Origin: Ramazzottius varieornatus | Lineage: Eukaryota > Animalia > Tardigrada | Assembly (NCBI GenBank): GCA_001949185.1 | Contig: BDGG01000011.1 | Location: 393,552-457,551, forward strand | Length of the DNA: 64,000 bases | Reading direction: 5' to 3' | Part shown: positions 24,116 through 40,100 of the stretch, in pieces | How positions within the stretch are numbered: position 1 is the first letter of the stretch | Layout: every line of letters starts with the position of its first letter | Position numbers and translations under genes: made by a program | Notes under the pieces: model-generated | Seen by the model: the letters and a program-made list of their open reading frames with translations, nothing else | Databases searched by the model: none | What the model was told of the DNA's origin: nothing

Positions 24116-25111
24116 CTAGTTTAATATATCTCTTCCGACCAGTGCAAAGGTTAGTATGAGGGTGAATGTCTGCAAATCAGAATACGAATGATTCTTAATA
24201 AACGAATCACAAGTGCCACTCAAAGTTCCCTTCCGCACACCTTGAACTATACTCACCCCTAGAACCGATGGCCTGGTGACGTAAAAAATGTCTGCGACAT
24301 GGAAACAGAAGTACGATCCGTTGGTTCTCTTCCGTAGGCTTCTAAGACTGGTCTTCAGACTTCTGCCCTGCAATAAAACGGTTTGTTCCAGCAGTCGTGA
24401 CAATACTTCAGCGGTACTGCGGGCACTTGCCACCTCAAATCCAGTACCGGCAGCTTATCTAACTTAACAGAACGTATCCGCGGCCGCCGTCGCGGTTCTC
24501 CGGCTAACTTTGCACGATATGGTTTATCGAATAAACAATATCCCATCTTCTGTGAGATGAAAATCAGGTACTGCATGACCGAAAATTTGCGGATCCATAT
24601 TTCGCGACTCATACCAGGTCAGACTACCGCCCACTCGAAGTTTCGCTCACCTCATGGAAAGGTTGTAGTTTTGTGACGAGTTTACTAACCTCGGCCGTTC
24701 GTAGTAGTGGCAGGAATATTCTTTCGCATTCCAGAACCTCTTCATTCAGACGCGAGTTCTGTGGGGAAAAAGGAAGCTTAATGGGGTCGGCTTATCTCCG
24801 GGACACGGACGTGCGATGTTGCGAGTTTCTTACTCGTTCGTGCACTTTTACCNNNNNNNNNNNNNNNNNNNNNNNNNNNNNNNNNNNNNNNNNNNNNNNN
24901 NNAAGTGGCCCCAGCAAGCACACAGGTAGAACAGACCCATTAGAAATATCATATGCCGGCACAGTGTTCTTGCACGGCCTGTGGCTGTGGAAGTAGTCCC
25001 GGAGAATCGAAAGAACGCTAAGAAATAATATTGGGGTAAAGACGATATCCACTGGGCGGATTGCTTCTCGCGAACTGAGAGCGGAAGATCGCCTTGCGCA
25101 AAAGACGACAT
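24116..25111 (-). CDS. Gustatory receptor-like gene, copy 2 (middle hidden in gap)
   Basis: Mirror of copy 1 with the same splice sites; it ends ...FALVGRDILN*. Beyond the gap, an ATG at 25111 opens MSSFAQGDLPLSVREKQSAQWISSLPQYYFLAFFRFSG...RHMIFLMGLFYLCACWGH, which fits a GR N-terminus and TM1. Confidence 0.58.
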
Positions 25112-25904
25112 TTTTCCGAAGCGCAGATAGCTTCGTACGGAGGTCGCTTACTCAATGAGAGCAAGGTGAGTGGGAAAACGAAACTATATATGGCTGACTT
25201 TTCTTGTGTTCGACTGATCCTTGTTTGCTCTCCGAGATAGGACTGCTGGGCCTGTTTGGTGATTTTGCTGAAAGGACGACTACTAACCACATGAAACAAG
25301 GGTGTTTGTTTGTTGATGGGACCGGATGGAACCAGTGGCAATTATGGTGAAAGCTAGACTACCGCAACAGCGTTAACCTTATCAACGCGATGCCATATGA
25401 CGCGTGCTGCAGCCGGATAAGTGCTATATATGGTTTGACAGTCGATACACAAAACTTTGCAGAGTGTTGGAAAACAGATGCCGGGTGTGAGGTGCCAGAA
25501 TGCAAACTGGACGGCTGCCCTACATCATAACGTTTTTTACAAAATTAATGGAAGATCCGTGTTCCGTGTCATTAGTAAGATTTGTCCCTTTCGATCGAAA
25601 AATCTCTTCCGCTAACTTTGTCGCACTCTCCCATTCCCAACATCTTTCTGGATGAAGTTTTTCTATACGTTTGTAAGATCATACGTGTGAAGTTTGGAGT
25701 GATTCTGATGAGCACCGTGCTCCCTAGGGACTTTGTAGAATTACTGTTCCGTCCCTTCTATCAATCAACGCATTGTTTGTGGAGCAACTGCTCCCTGCCA
25801 TTACGCGACATGTCTACCACCACCGCGGCAGCCAGCAACGGACCTGAGCAGCCATCGGACGTTTCAGCGGAAACTACGGTGGCCTTTCCAAAACACCAGC
25901 AGTA

Positions 25905-28900
25905 GTGGCAGTTGCACCGACATCGGCAACTACCACTGGTACCGTAAGTGCGGGTAAAGTATCTAGCACCATTAATTTTTGCTTTTCAAATATCGTCATT
26001 ATTTTTAATAAATCAGCTGCTGTGAAACCCTTCTGTTCCAGCGCAGATATCATCGGACTCGTGGAGATTCGTGACTGTCCAGAGTTTGTGGACAGCCTTT
26101 TTGCTAACCTCACTGTTTTCAATGTTTTTCGCAGGCCTCGAGATCGTGACGGTGGTGGAGTGGTGCTGGTCGTGAGGAAGGCCTTGAAAGGATATCGTCG
26201 GGTCCAACTCGAACACGAGGACCTCGAAGTTCTTATCGTGGAAAGTAATATCCCTGATATCGTGGCTTGTGTTTTTTACAGCCCTCCGACGTCTGTGCGT
26301 GACTTCACCCGGAAGTTCGTGGACCATCTGCGCACGTTGCCTCACGACATAATCGGACGGCTGGTCATTCTCGGTGACTTCAATATTCCTGATATTGACT
26401 GGCCCGCTCGGGTGGCTCGGTCTAGCCATGGTCACGTCCTTCTCGACGGAAGTCGAGAGTTCTTCTTCAAACAAATCGTTAACTTTCCTACTCGAAAAGA
26501 TAATACTCTCGATTTGTGTTTCCTTCCAGTTTCGATGCCGTTCGATTCCCTCGAAGCAACATCTCCTCCGACCGGAAAGTGTGATCACAGCGCCATTCAG
26601 TTCCGCGCGTTGATTCGGTGGAAATTCGATGAACAAGCCAACATCCAGTATAGAGAAGATCTGAGAAACACTGACGGGTTCTCTCTGTTTGCAGGAAAGG
26701 ATACCAATGGAAAGGCCGAGGTTCTGGAGGAAACTTTGCTCGAGATCGCCAAGAAGTATCACCGTCGGACCCATATCAAGCGACGGTTCGGTGAAGTGTC
26801 GTACCCAGCTTTTGTGACTCGAGTACTGCGTCGCCGTGATCGCGCATTCATGGAGGGTGTGATCTGCGGGGACGCAGGGAGCTCGGCTAAGGCATCTGTG
26901 GAAGAAACGCAGTCGAACTGCCGAGTTGAAAATTCGGCAGTTCGATCAGCACCGCGTAATGGAGTCGGCTACAGCCACTAGAATCCCCCAAAAATTTCGG
27001 AAGCTGGTCAAATCAACGCCGGACATTCAGAATGTTCCGCCGCTGTGGAGCGACGTTAATGGGTGTTTTGAGTTTGAGGACCCGAACAAGGCAAACCTTC
27101 TGAATGAACGGTTTGCATCATGTCGACAGCCGTGTAATTCTCACTGTGTCGATTCGCCACCGCCTATCGACACGGGGGACTTCCCCGAACCGATCACTCA
27201 CGCCGAAGTATTGAACGCCCTGAAGCACGTCCTTGTACCGGGAAAAGCTTGTGGGCCATTCCTTTTCTCTTCCGACTTGTTGTCTTATTCAGGGTCGGAA
27301 ATTATCGTTCCTCTGGTGATGTTGTTTAACACGTGCTTCTTCTCAGGTGTTTTTCCTAGCTGTTGGAAGACTTCGTACGTCACGCCCATCCCGGAAGGCT
27401 CGCTCGACGGTACCTAGTGTGCCAGCTGGCGGCCCATCTCCCTCCTTCATCACCTGTCCAAAGTTCTGGAAGCTGTGATTGCCGGAAGACTTCGTACACT
27501 TCTGGAGGGACAATCCCTCCTGTCGGACCATCAGTACGGGTTTCGTCAGAGGCGCTCGACTGAGCTCCTTGCCACCGCGACCGTGCAGGATCGTATGGTC
27601 ACCATCGCCGAAGGAGCCTTCGTCGATGCCGTCTTTCTCGATTGCGAGAAAGTATTCGATCGTGCTGATCACGAGCCTAGCGGTTGCTGCATTACGTGAC
27701 TTTGGTTTTTCAACGGTGTTTTTTGAATTTCTCTTCAGATTATCTCAAAGGAAGACTGCAAGTGACCCTCGTGGATGGATCGCGCTCTGATCAAGTACAA
27801 GTTACCAGCGGCATCCCGCAAGGCTCGCTCCTGGGTCCTCTCTTTTTCCTGTGCCTTATCAACAGTGTGGTTGGATGCCTGTCGCCGGGTACCCGGAATC
27901 GAATCTTCGCCGATGCCATCATGCTTACAGGACTATCCGAGATCCTGATGACGTGGTTTCCTTCCAGCAAGATCTACAAACAGTCCACCAATGGTCCTCC
28001 AAAGCCAAGCTAACGTTCAATGCGTCGGAATTGGTGTTTGTTCGCTTCTTCCAACAGAGAAAGACACCGAAGGCCCAGATTACCTTCTCGGAACAGCCAT
28101 CATCCCGAGGAAAAACACCGTCAAGTACTTGGGCGTCTTCCTCGATCACAAGCTGAACTGGAAAGACCACATTGCCAACCTAACCATGGAAGCGAAGAAA
28201 CGGATCCGCTACATCCGGTTCCTCTTCAGCAAGAAATGTCAGGGAGCCCGAATAACCCTCTTCAAAAGCCTCGTCCTTCCACTGTTCGACTATTGCAGTA
28301 CCGTATACAATCCTCGCCTCAAAGGCCTCGTCAACGCCCTCGAAGACTGTCAGCGGCTCTTGCTCCGTTCGATTGACCTCGGAGCTGCATTGGAGGACAC
28401 CTGGACCGAACGTTACTGTCATCGCCTTCGACAGCTGGGTTTGGAGCCTTTGATTCTGAAAAGAATTAAAGCCTCCCTTATCCTGGCTTACAAGATGATG
28501 TCTAACCTTGTTCCGGTAAGCACTCCTTTTCTTCAGCCTCATTTTACAGCAACTGCCGTTCCCTCCGCTGCAGGTGGCACGCGAGCAGCTACAGCGCTCC
28601 GTGCTCACCCATTCCCGCTTCAACTGGCTGGACCTCAGGACGATGGATGGATCGCCGGAAGCTCGGACAAGTCATTCGCCTTCCTCATCTCTCAAATCTG
28701 GAAAAATCTCCCGCTCGATGCCGCTGACTACGAAACCCTCTCAAGCTTTTCTTTAGCTATAGAAAATGTTCGGCTATCGAAAATAAAGTTTGAGAACTTT
28801 ACTGGGTAAATACAGTTCTTTTATTTCCGCTGACGGGCTCCGTTACAGTGGAGAACCCGATCACTGAAGGCCTTTCCCCTCGGTTCGCTGTCAAGGGTTT

Positions 28901-29070
28901 ACCAAGTAGATTTCAAACTTCAGTACCACGCTGAGCTTTCCTTGTCACCATTTCTCATCTGACTATTTTCCTGTGTTAACAGCTGGCTTTTTTGCGATCG
29001 GGTCGCGAACGGTAGCAGACACTTCGTCTGGTTGTTTCTCGACGTTAAACCCAATAAACTCAAACTCAAA
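25905..29070 (+). mobile_element. CR1/L2-group LINE (APE + RT), frameshifted and inactive
   Basis: APE motifs: GGGVVL, ILGDFNIPDIDW, PTRKDNTLDL, CDH. RT motifs: DCEKVFDR, GIPQGSLLGPLFF, IFADA (degenerate YADD), KYLGVFLDHKLNW. Split over at least five frames. The 3' end is AATAAACTCAAACTCAAA (29053-29070). Confidence 0.93.
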
Positions 29071-29549
29071 GGCAAAGAAGCAGCCGCTGTGAGACGACTG
29101 TATGAATGACACGTTGAAACTTACTCATTAGGTGATGGTACAATGCACGCTGATACAACAAAATTTAATCTCTTTTCCTTGGATTTTGAACGGCCGTAGT
29201 AGCCGTCTGCTATCAGTAAACCAAACGGTGGAACCACCACTAAGGTCAATGGTACCTGCCACTGAAGCTGTCCACTACTGAAGTGAACACGACCCAGACA
29301 AGCAATCAACCGGCCACACCGTGAGTAGGTCACCGTGAGTGGGTACAATGGTGGGGTGTTCGGTTGATTGGTTTTGATTGCATGATGAGTAGTCCGACGT
29401 CTTTTCTCAGATTTCGCATTTCAAACTGGCTAGTGGCGAGCTGCGACCACCTGTTCAAGCTTTTCCGAGCGTGTGTTCGTGACACTAAACTGTCATTGAC
29501 GCAGACTTTCCAGGGAATAAAAAAGGATTGTTGTTCTGAGTAAAGAAGG

Positions 29550-32590
<3,041 letters not shown>

Positions 32591-33248
32591 ACTTTCATAG
32601 TTTCCTCCCTTTTTACCCTCTGTACAGGTTTCTTCAGATCTGCTTTTCGGTGGTCTCTCTAATCATGCAATTTTTATCCGTCCTTTTTTATATAAGATTC
32701 CGTGTGTATAGAACTTCTTCTTTTCCGTACTTTTTTCAGTTCTCCTTTTCTCGAATAGATGATTTTTTAGCTCGTGTGTTTTCACCTGCCTGAAAGACGA
32801 AAGGCTGTGGAGTTTTGATGTAAATTGTCCATGGAGCCCAAGAGATTGTGTGCGGTACTTGGCGCGCTATTTGGGTCGATTAATGGACGAAAGCGTCAAC
32901 CGATTTCCACCATGTCCAGAGAGGTTTTTCTTTTCTTTGTGCGACATCTCGTGTGTACACAGTCAAATGCGTCACTGAATGATCGAACAACCCCATTCTT
33001 GATCCAGTTACACAAGACGAAATTCGATCTGCGAACCGTTCGGTGTGTTTCTCACCCAGTCGAAAAAACCCAGGGTTCTCATTGTTTCTCTTAGCATATT
33101 CAAGTGTTAAAAGCATGGCTTAATGATACGGTCTTTCCCCGGGATGTCTGTACAATGGTTCGAAGTGCTTCTTGGGCGGAGAGTATTTGCCGACGCCGAT
33201 CGATGGGTAAATACATCAAATGTTTGTACCTCATTCACAATGAAATAA

Positions 33249-33404
33249 CAGTACACGCGCCTGGCCTAACTGTGGGGATGGACAAAAATGTGGGGAACGG
33301 AGCGAAAGCGACTGTTCTTCGATTGATTTAGTTGATTGGCCAACCACAGCCGGCCCGTGTCGCTTTCGCTCCGTTCTCCACATTTAGGCCAGGCACGTGT
33401 ACAA
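33249..33404. mobile_element. ~155-bp MITE sharing terminal sequence with the 939-2198 element
   Basis: CAGTACACGCGCCTGGCCTAA ... TTAGGCCAGGCACGTGTAC, with an internal inverted pair GTGGGGAACGGAGCGAAAGCGAC / GTCGCTTTCGCTCCGTTCTCCAC. Confidence 0.75.
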
Positions 33405-34706
33405 CCAGACAGTGTCTCCTTCGAGTACTGGGATGACAAACAGTACGAGTGGTTTCTGCGTGGGCGCACAGCGAGCTCTTGTGGAGAGAATAACGTAAGG
33501 CGTGAGGGTCCTTCGTCAACGCCGTTGTGAACTTCCCAGACTGGAGTGAGCGTGTGTGTCTTGTCATTGCTTCTTTTGTTTCGCGAGGAACCTCAGTTGC
33601 AAGCTTTGCAAATTCGAGAAGGTTACTCACGAGCCACACAAGTCAAGCGTCAACTTTTGGTGGCGTGTGCTTTATTTCGCTGAAATTCAGCCGGCCGAAA
33701 CCTCGACTCTTTTACCTTCGAAATTCGAACTTATTGTTTCATTTACACATTTTATCATCCTGATGGAAATTCCATAGTATTGCGCAACGCCACTGTGGAA
33801 ACTTTGGAGTTCGGGTAAGAGTGGGTGAATATCCTGCATAATGAGAAAGGGCGTCTCAAAGAATGTATCATGCGGAGAAAACTGGTATTTTAATAGCATA
33901 CTTTTGCCTTTCTAACATCTGTTAGCGTTTCTATACCTTAGGCCGAAGAATAATTTAAGAAGACTATTTTTACGACTGGTTTCGGCATGTCGCGTGTCTT
34001 TTATGTCGGCACTGAGCGTCGGCACTTATTACCAGCAGATGATACGTGACAGCCGAAAAAATGCACCCTTAAATATTCTGTCAATCAACTTTTCATCTTA
34101 GAAGCCCGCTTTTTAAAAAGAATTAGATTTTATCATTTTCCGAACAGAGGGGATTGGGATTCGTTTGCAATTTGCATACGAGCAAGGCTTTCTGGAGACC
34201 CAGGTGCGAGGCACAGTAGGTTGCTGTCAACAGCAATAAAGACAAGCCGTAAATTTCTCCTTCAGATTCCAGCTGAAGCTCTTTCTCCTTGTGGAAACAC
34301 TAACCGTTGACTTTGCCGAAATATATTCAGTATCGATTGAAGATCGTTCCAACAGATGTATATCGACTAAATTGATCCCACAGTTGAACCATGAAGAGTA
34401 CGAGAAACACACAGTTCAGATCGCTGATGGAGTCAGCGTCCCTTCTTCTCCGTTCTCTCAGTTCCCTGCGCACAAACACGACAATAATCGATGGAGGAAG
34501 GAAGCAAGGAAGGAAAGCAAGCATGCATCCATTCGGGCCAGAAAGAGCGTGAAGCTTATTGGTGCCGTCTTTCGGCGATTATCGAGTGTTGAATATGGAA
34601 TGTATTTCATTTTTTCTTTCTTGCAGGTCTAATTTCTCCTTCCACCTGAGTGCCGACCTACATTCCTTTTAACCGCTGTGTGGAATACAGCGTTCTGGGG
34701 AAGAGA

Positions 34707-35914
34707 ATGGCCAAACAGAGTAATGGAGCGGCGCACCCGGAGGCCGATTGGTCCTTTCTGTCGGATGTGGATAATAAGGCGTTAAATGAAGGCTTCAAAA
34801 ATTACGGCAAATTTGGCGACAGGAATTTCACCGGAAATAACATGACGCTGAAAAATGTCGACAAGTGGCTGAAGGAAGCCGGCGTCATTGGAAAAGTCAT
34901 TACAACGACGGATACTTCCATTGCCTTCAAACAAGTCATCGGGTTTGTGTTCCATTATTTTATTGTGCATTTCCGACCAAGGAAAAACTCATGGAAAAAA
35001 TATTGATATTTCGAATGGCACATAGAATTCTTTATGATATGTTTTCCATTGGTTTCCTAAACGGGAGCTTGGCGAACAAACTTAAGAAGTGCGCCTTTCG
35101 AAGTGGCGCATATCATTGACGTTGCTAGCCGCAAACTTGCGCCATTTCGAAAAACGATCTTGCTGAGTTTCCCAGGTGGCGCACGCCGGAAGTGCCAACG
35201 ACCGGAAGAGTGCGCCACTTGAAAACGCCATCATTTCCAGCTTGTTAGCTGAGGTCTGGAATGTGATTTCCAATATTATTTTCCCGCTGTCAAGAACCTT
35301 TCAAGTTTTTTACCGTTGCAGGAATAACGAAAAGTTCATAACGTATGACAAATTCAAGACATTCCTGTACAAGCTAGCGCTTCGAGCCAACAAGGATGGC
35401 GCACAGGAAGGGCTGAAGAAAATTATCGAGCAGCTACAAAGTAGGCTGGAACCTAGCACTTCCGGCACCACGGTACCCTCCTCACTTTCTCACCTTTTTA
35501 TACTCCAAATGTGTTTGCTCAGCAAGCACAGGATCATGATGCGAAAGATAACCGTGTTGATGTTTCTGCAGCATGCAATGAAGACCAATGTCGTAGATCG
35601 CCTGACAGACACCAGCAAATACACCGGCTCTCACAAACTACGCTTTGACGGTACTTTCCTTAAACACGGAGGTAAACTCACCAACAATGGCTATTTTTTC
35701 GTTGCATTGCAGAGGAAGGAAAGGGGCGTGGAAAGGAAGGCCGGGAGGATGTCCCTGATACGTCAGGATACGTCTCAGGTTTCCACAAGGTACTGTATGC
35801 ATCGCGGTCGCGGTTGCACTCGTTTCTCCTTAACAGTCCCCAGTTCAAAGCGTAAACTTTACGTGCAGTACGCAACTTTCTTTTTCGTACGTATAGGACG
35901 ATGAGAAGAAATGA
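34707..35914 (+). CDS. TPPP: Tubulin polymerization-promoting protein (TPPP/p25alpha family)
   Basis: Five exons. Motifs FKNYGKFGD, MTLKNVDKWLKEAGVI, ITTTDTSIAF, VVDRLTDTSKYTGSHKLRFD, GKGRGKEGR and GYVSGF. Confidence 0.93.
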
Positions 35915-36288
35915 GAGAAAGCTGCACAGAATCCCTGGATTTTGCCAAAGACTGCGGGCCGATGACAAAGTCACTATAGGTTTTATTTCGATTGTTCTAT
36001 TTGAAGACTATTACGGTGGGTGATAAGGTCCTCGTCGCCCTCATTTTAGTTCTACATTACCCGCTGTAAACATTCGGTTTGCACTTTGTACACATCCCGC
36101 ATTTCTCTGTTTTACTTTTCGATATTTTATCTCCATCATAAACCTGTACAGCAACTTTCTCTCTACGGCGGACAGTTGCCTTTAGCACTGGTAAACAAAA
36201 TTTCGATCTGAAGCTGGTGCTGTACATATCTTCAGTCATGATAGGAAAATGCAGATGTCGGTGCTTTTGGTGAGTTTAACGTGATCAG

Positions 36289-36805
36289 TTATTTCCCAAT
36301 GAGATCGGTGAGGGCCTTGCGCAGCTTCTCGTGGACGGTGCCGGTCTGACGGTAAACGAGTTGGCCACCCTTGTACACCACAAATGTGGGTAGCATTTCG
36401 AGGTTGTGCACCTTGGCAATGTCCTTGTTGTTATCCACGTCCATTCGGTAGAACACAAACTGTTCCGACGGCAGATCATTCGCAATTTTATTGTACTGTG
36501 GCGCCATCTGCTTACATGCCCCACACCAACTGGCGAAAAATCTGAAAAACAGGTAAAATGTGCTGAAGGCGTTGAATTACACTTGAACCAAATTTCGCGT
36601 AATTAGTTATTGGTGGCGGGAGAGGCAGAAATCACACGACCAAGTTTGCACGAATGTACGATCACAGCTGCGAGGATGGCGTATTTGCGAGGTTGACGTC
36701 TATCTACGATCGCTCGACGTACTTGATGACGGTGTATTGGCGGGTGTTCGATGTTGCCGACTGGAAGTTCTTGGTGCCGTTCAAAATGGCGATATCACGA
36801 GCCAT
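36289..36805 (-). CDS. Thioredoxin (WCGAC active site)
   Basis: Two exons: MARDIAIL...YTVI|KFFASWCGACKQMAPQY...FYRMDVD...MLPTFVVYKGG. Confidence 0.9.
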
Positions 36806-37167
36806 CTTTACGACGAGCCGGAGCCGCGGTCCAGTTGCAAAGCCTCTGGACCAGGAAAGTAGGAAATACTACAGTCAAATCAGGTCGAACGATCACCAAC
36901 TAAGATGAAAATATAGTACAATCAACTTCCAACAAACTTGTGATTGTTATTTTTTCTAGGTCCAGAACTGATACGCCAACGATCTGATATACCCATTCCC
37001 AAGCAACTCTCACACAGCAAAAAAAGTCGGTCGTCCCCACCAAAATATACATCTCTTTATTTCTCATGACCTACAGTAAAAAGTTAAAATCGATGCAGAA
37101 CAGGCTAGTAAGAAGATGAAAAAAAGTTGGAGCACAGGGCAAGGACCAAAACAGCTGAAATTCAGAC

Positions 37168-40100
37168 TCAGTAAGGTCGTGGTCCGCTGAAGGCTGGACC
37201 CGGAGGAACAACTGGTCCTCTGACAAGGCGTGACTGTCCTTGAGGGGGTGGCGGCAAGCGTGGTAGACTACCTGCCCTGATCAGCGGAACTCCTGCGTTG
37301 GAATAGCGCTGGACAGGCCCAGGTCGGACAGGCATTCGACTAGATGACTGAACCGGACGAGGCCGCGCCACGAAGTGCGTTGACGAGTGGTAACTGGGCA
37401 CAGGACGCAGTGGTGGTGCTTGGGTGGGCATTCGTGCTGGAGGTCCTTGTGGAGGAACGTCAGTGGGCGTAATGCCGAGGGCTTGAGGTACTTGGTTGTT
37501 TAGAACGATGGAAACTTGACCCGATGGATGCGCGCCCTGTGTTGCAGCTCCTGAAAAAAAAATGGAATTCATAATTATGATACGATCAAAAAACACAATC
37601 AAAATTTAAAACAGAAAACCGAAATACGAAAATATAAAACTAGTGTGGTCGGCATGTAGGATTTTCAGACTAACCATTAGTGGCTGGGCTGGCAGCATGG
37701 ACAGCCGTGTTAGATGACCCGCTCAAAGGTGCGCCAGTTTGGACGGGAATGAGTGCGCCAGTGTTGGCATCAGAAATATACAGCAGACTGGGTCGGATAG
37801 CTGGGTTAATGGGCATGTCTTCAGCTACAGCCCTGGAGTACCGCTCATTAGCTTGGTTCTTGGGAAGAAGTCTGGCCATCTCTTCGGACTTGGCCTTCTC
37901 CAGCCCCAGCATTTTGGCTTTGACATCCTTTTTGCCCAGCCTTCGCTTCACAAAACTACAACCACCAACCTTCGAAAAAAGCGCACCAAGTTTCTATCCG
38001 TCTACACTACTCACTAATAGGTTCCAATTGCGGCAACAAGGATGGCCAAAGTGACGCTAACAGCGATGAGGATGTTATGTTTTAGGAAGCCCACGACCGC
38101 GTCCTCGCAGTCTTCCAGTGCCACCGAGCCTTCTTGGGCGGTACGAGTACTGCCTGGGCAAGCCTCGCACGTCGTGGACCCAGGTTTGCTTTGGTACTGT
38201 GAAGTCGAACAAGGTACACACACCGGCTTCTCATCTTGACTATAATGTCCAGCTGCACAAGCCACTATACAGTACGACAAACCAACCAGAAAGTCAAAAT
38301 TGTAGGAAGCTCACTGGAGACACGGAGGTACGTACAGCAGCGGTATTCTTTTTCTTTCGAGGAAGCCACGTCAATCATGATACCGAAACCCGGGGAGCAG
38401 TAGGCGTAAGTGCTCATACGCATGGAGGTCATTACAGGCTTGAACCTGCCATCGAAGATATCCGGCTGGAAGATTTCGCCGTTCTTCTCCACAAATATTC
38501 GGGCTTTGTTGTAGATCTAAAAGAGAGACCAATTCGAAGAAATTATTCAGCATAAAACAAGAAAAGTAATGTCAGTTCTACCTCGGCAATGTGGCTGTAC
38601 ATTTCTTCGAGTGTGCCTTTCTTCCGGGCGTTGAGACCCAACTTGAAGTTGAACTTGAGCGTGAGATCAGGCTGGTCCTTGTCGGCATCGGAGGCGTTGT
38701 CCATGTGACACGACATGACGGGGGTGGCCATGGAGCATCGTTCATCCGCGCAAACATGCGGAGCAATCTGGCTGATGAACTTCTCGGTCAGCTTCTCGAT
38801 CAGGTAGGCTTTGCAGGTAGTGGCGCTGTACGGCACCTGGTCAGAAGTAATAGTCGAAAAGGCCCAAACACCGTATTGAATGTACGCGCATACAGTTCAA
38901 CGTTATGCGCGGGTGGAAAAACTGTTCGTAACTACGTATGTCCCTGCCAAAGCTGCGCAGTTTCTAATTCTTTTGTCCGGACCTCGTCTGGGCATTTTTT
39001 TACAAAATGTTCGCGAAAACACTCTCGACCTGGTTGGTGCCGGTGCACGGTCCTCTCAGCTGTTTTCGAAGAGAGAAGGCAGATTTACGGTGACTCGCCA
39101 GCTTAGGAGAACTCGAAACTCACCGTGATGAAAACTCGCGGTAAGGGTGTAGTAAAGACCGACAAGGGGACATTATTGCCGCTTTGTTTGCCCTGAATCT
39201 CACAGACATACTCGCCAGAGTCTTCGGCCACCGGGTTCAACATTTTCAGATCGCCGCTATCCAGCACCTCGTAACGGTCAGTGGAGGCCGTCAGGGTACC
39301 GGCCAGCGGTTTGACCCTCTTCCACACCACCCCACTCTTGTCCACCGTCCCATCGGCTGTCACCGTCGGACACTTCAGCACCACCGGCTGGCCTGACTTG
39401 CTGTAAATGACGGCTAAGGCGTCGTACTGACCTTTGAAATCCATCAGCGACGTGTTGGCCTTGTGGACCAGAAACTCGCGAGCTTCTTCTTCCGTGTGTT
39501 GATGAAACTCTGTCAGCCACTGGTCGAATGTCTCGGCTGAACCTTTGACCGTACTCTCCAATCCTCCCTTGGCGTTCAGCATGTAACCAGTCTCGTTCGG
39601 AGAGATGGTCCGACCCGGCATGGCGGCGTAGTCGACCACACCTTTCACCGGTACACCCGCTGGTTTCCCGTCTGCTGTCTTTGGCAGGGCTTGCGTCGGT
39701 TTTGCGGGTGCCATCGTGACAGCTTGGTTCTGGGTGACTGCGTTCACTTTTACGCCGGCTTTCGTCGTTATCGTCGTCTGCGCTGCAGTTATACCTGATG
39801 GACTTTTAGCCGTGGTTTCGGTCGTTTTGTCTTTACCACCCTTCTTCCCACTCTTCTCATCGTCATCGTCGTCATCATCATCTCCATCATCATCATCATC
39901 ATCATCGTCGTCGTCGTCGTCATCGTCGCTTTTGCCTTTCTTCTTCTCAAAGCGAACATCGTGCGGGAATCTGTTCGTGGATTTGGAATGTCTGCCGGAA
40001 ATTTTTGCAACGTCTGTTCTGTAATGAGCAAGTAACTCGGAGCTCATCCTACTCGGCAAAAGAGAATGCTCTATTGATCGATCAGCCTGTTGGATTTTCG

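Noticed and set aside
1-24852. Giant cargo transposon with ~880-bp TIRs carrying the opsin and a hAT transposase
   Set aside because: The repeats resolve into spliced GR-like gene copies. Their outer ends run into the window edge and a gap, so no termini or TSD are visible, and the interior is a mosaic of unrelated old insertions. Not formally excluded without flanking sequence.
26013-26774. 253-aa antisense ORF within the LINE, and similar antisense ORFs over host genes
   Set aside because: Shadow frames caused by codon bias of the sense gene.
33336-33530. Candidate alternative first exon of TPPP
   Set aside because: Non-ATG start, overlaps a MITE, and has no supporting in-frame link.
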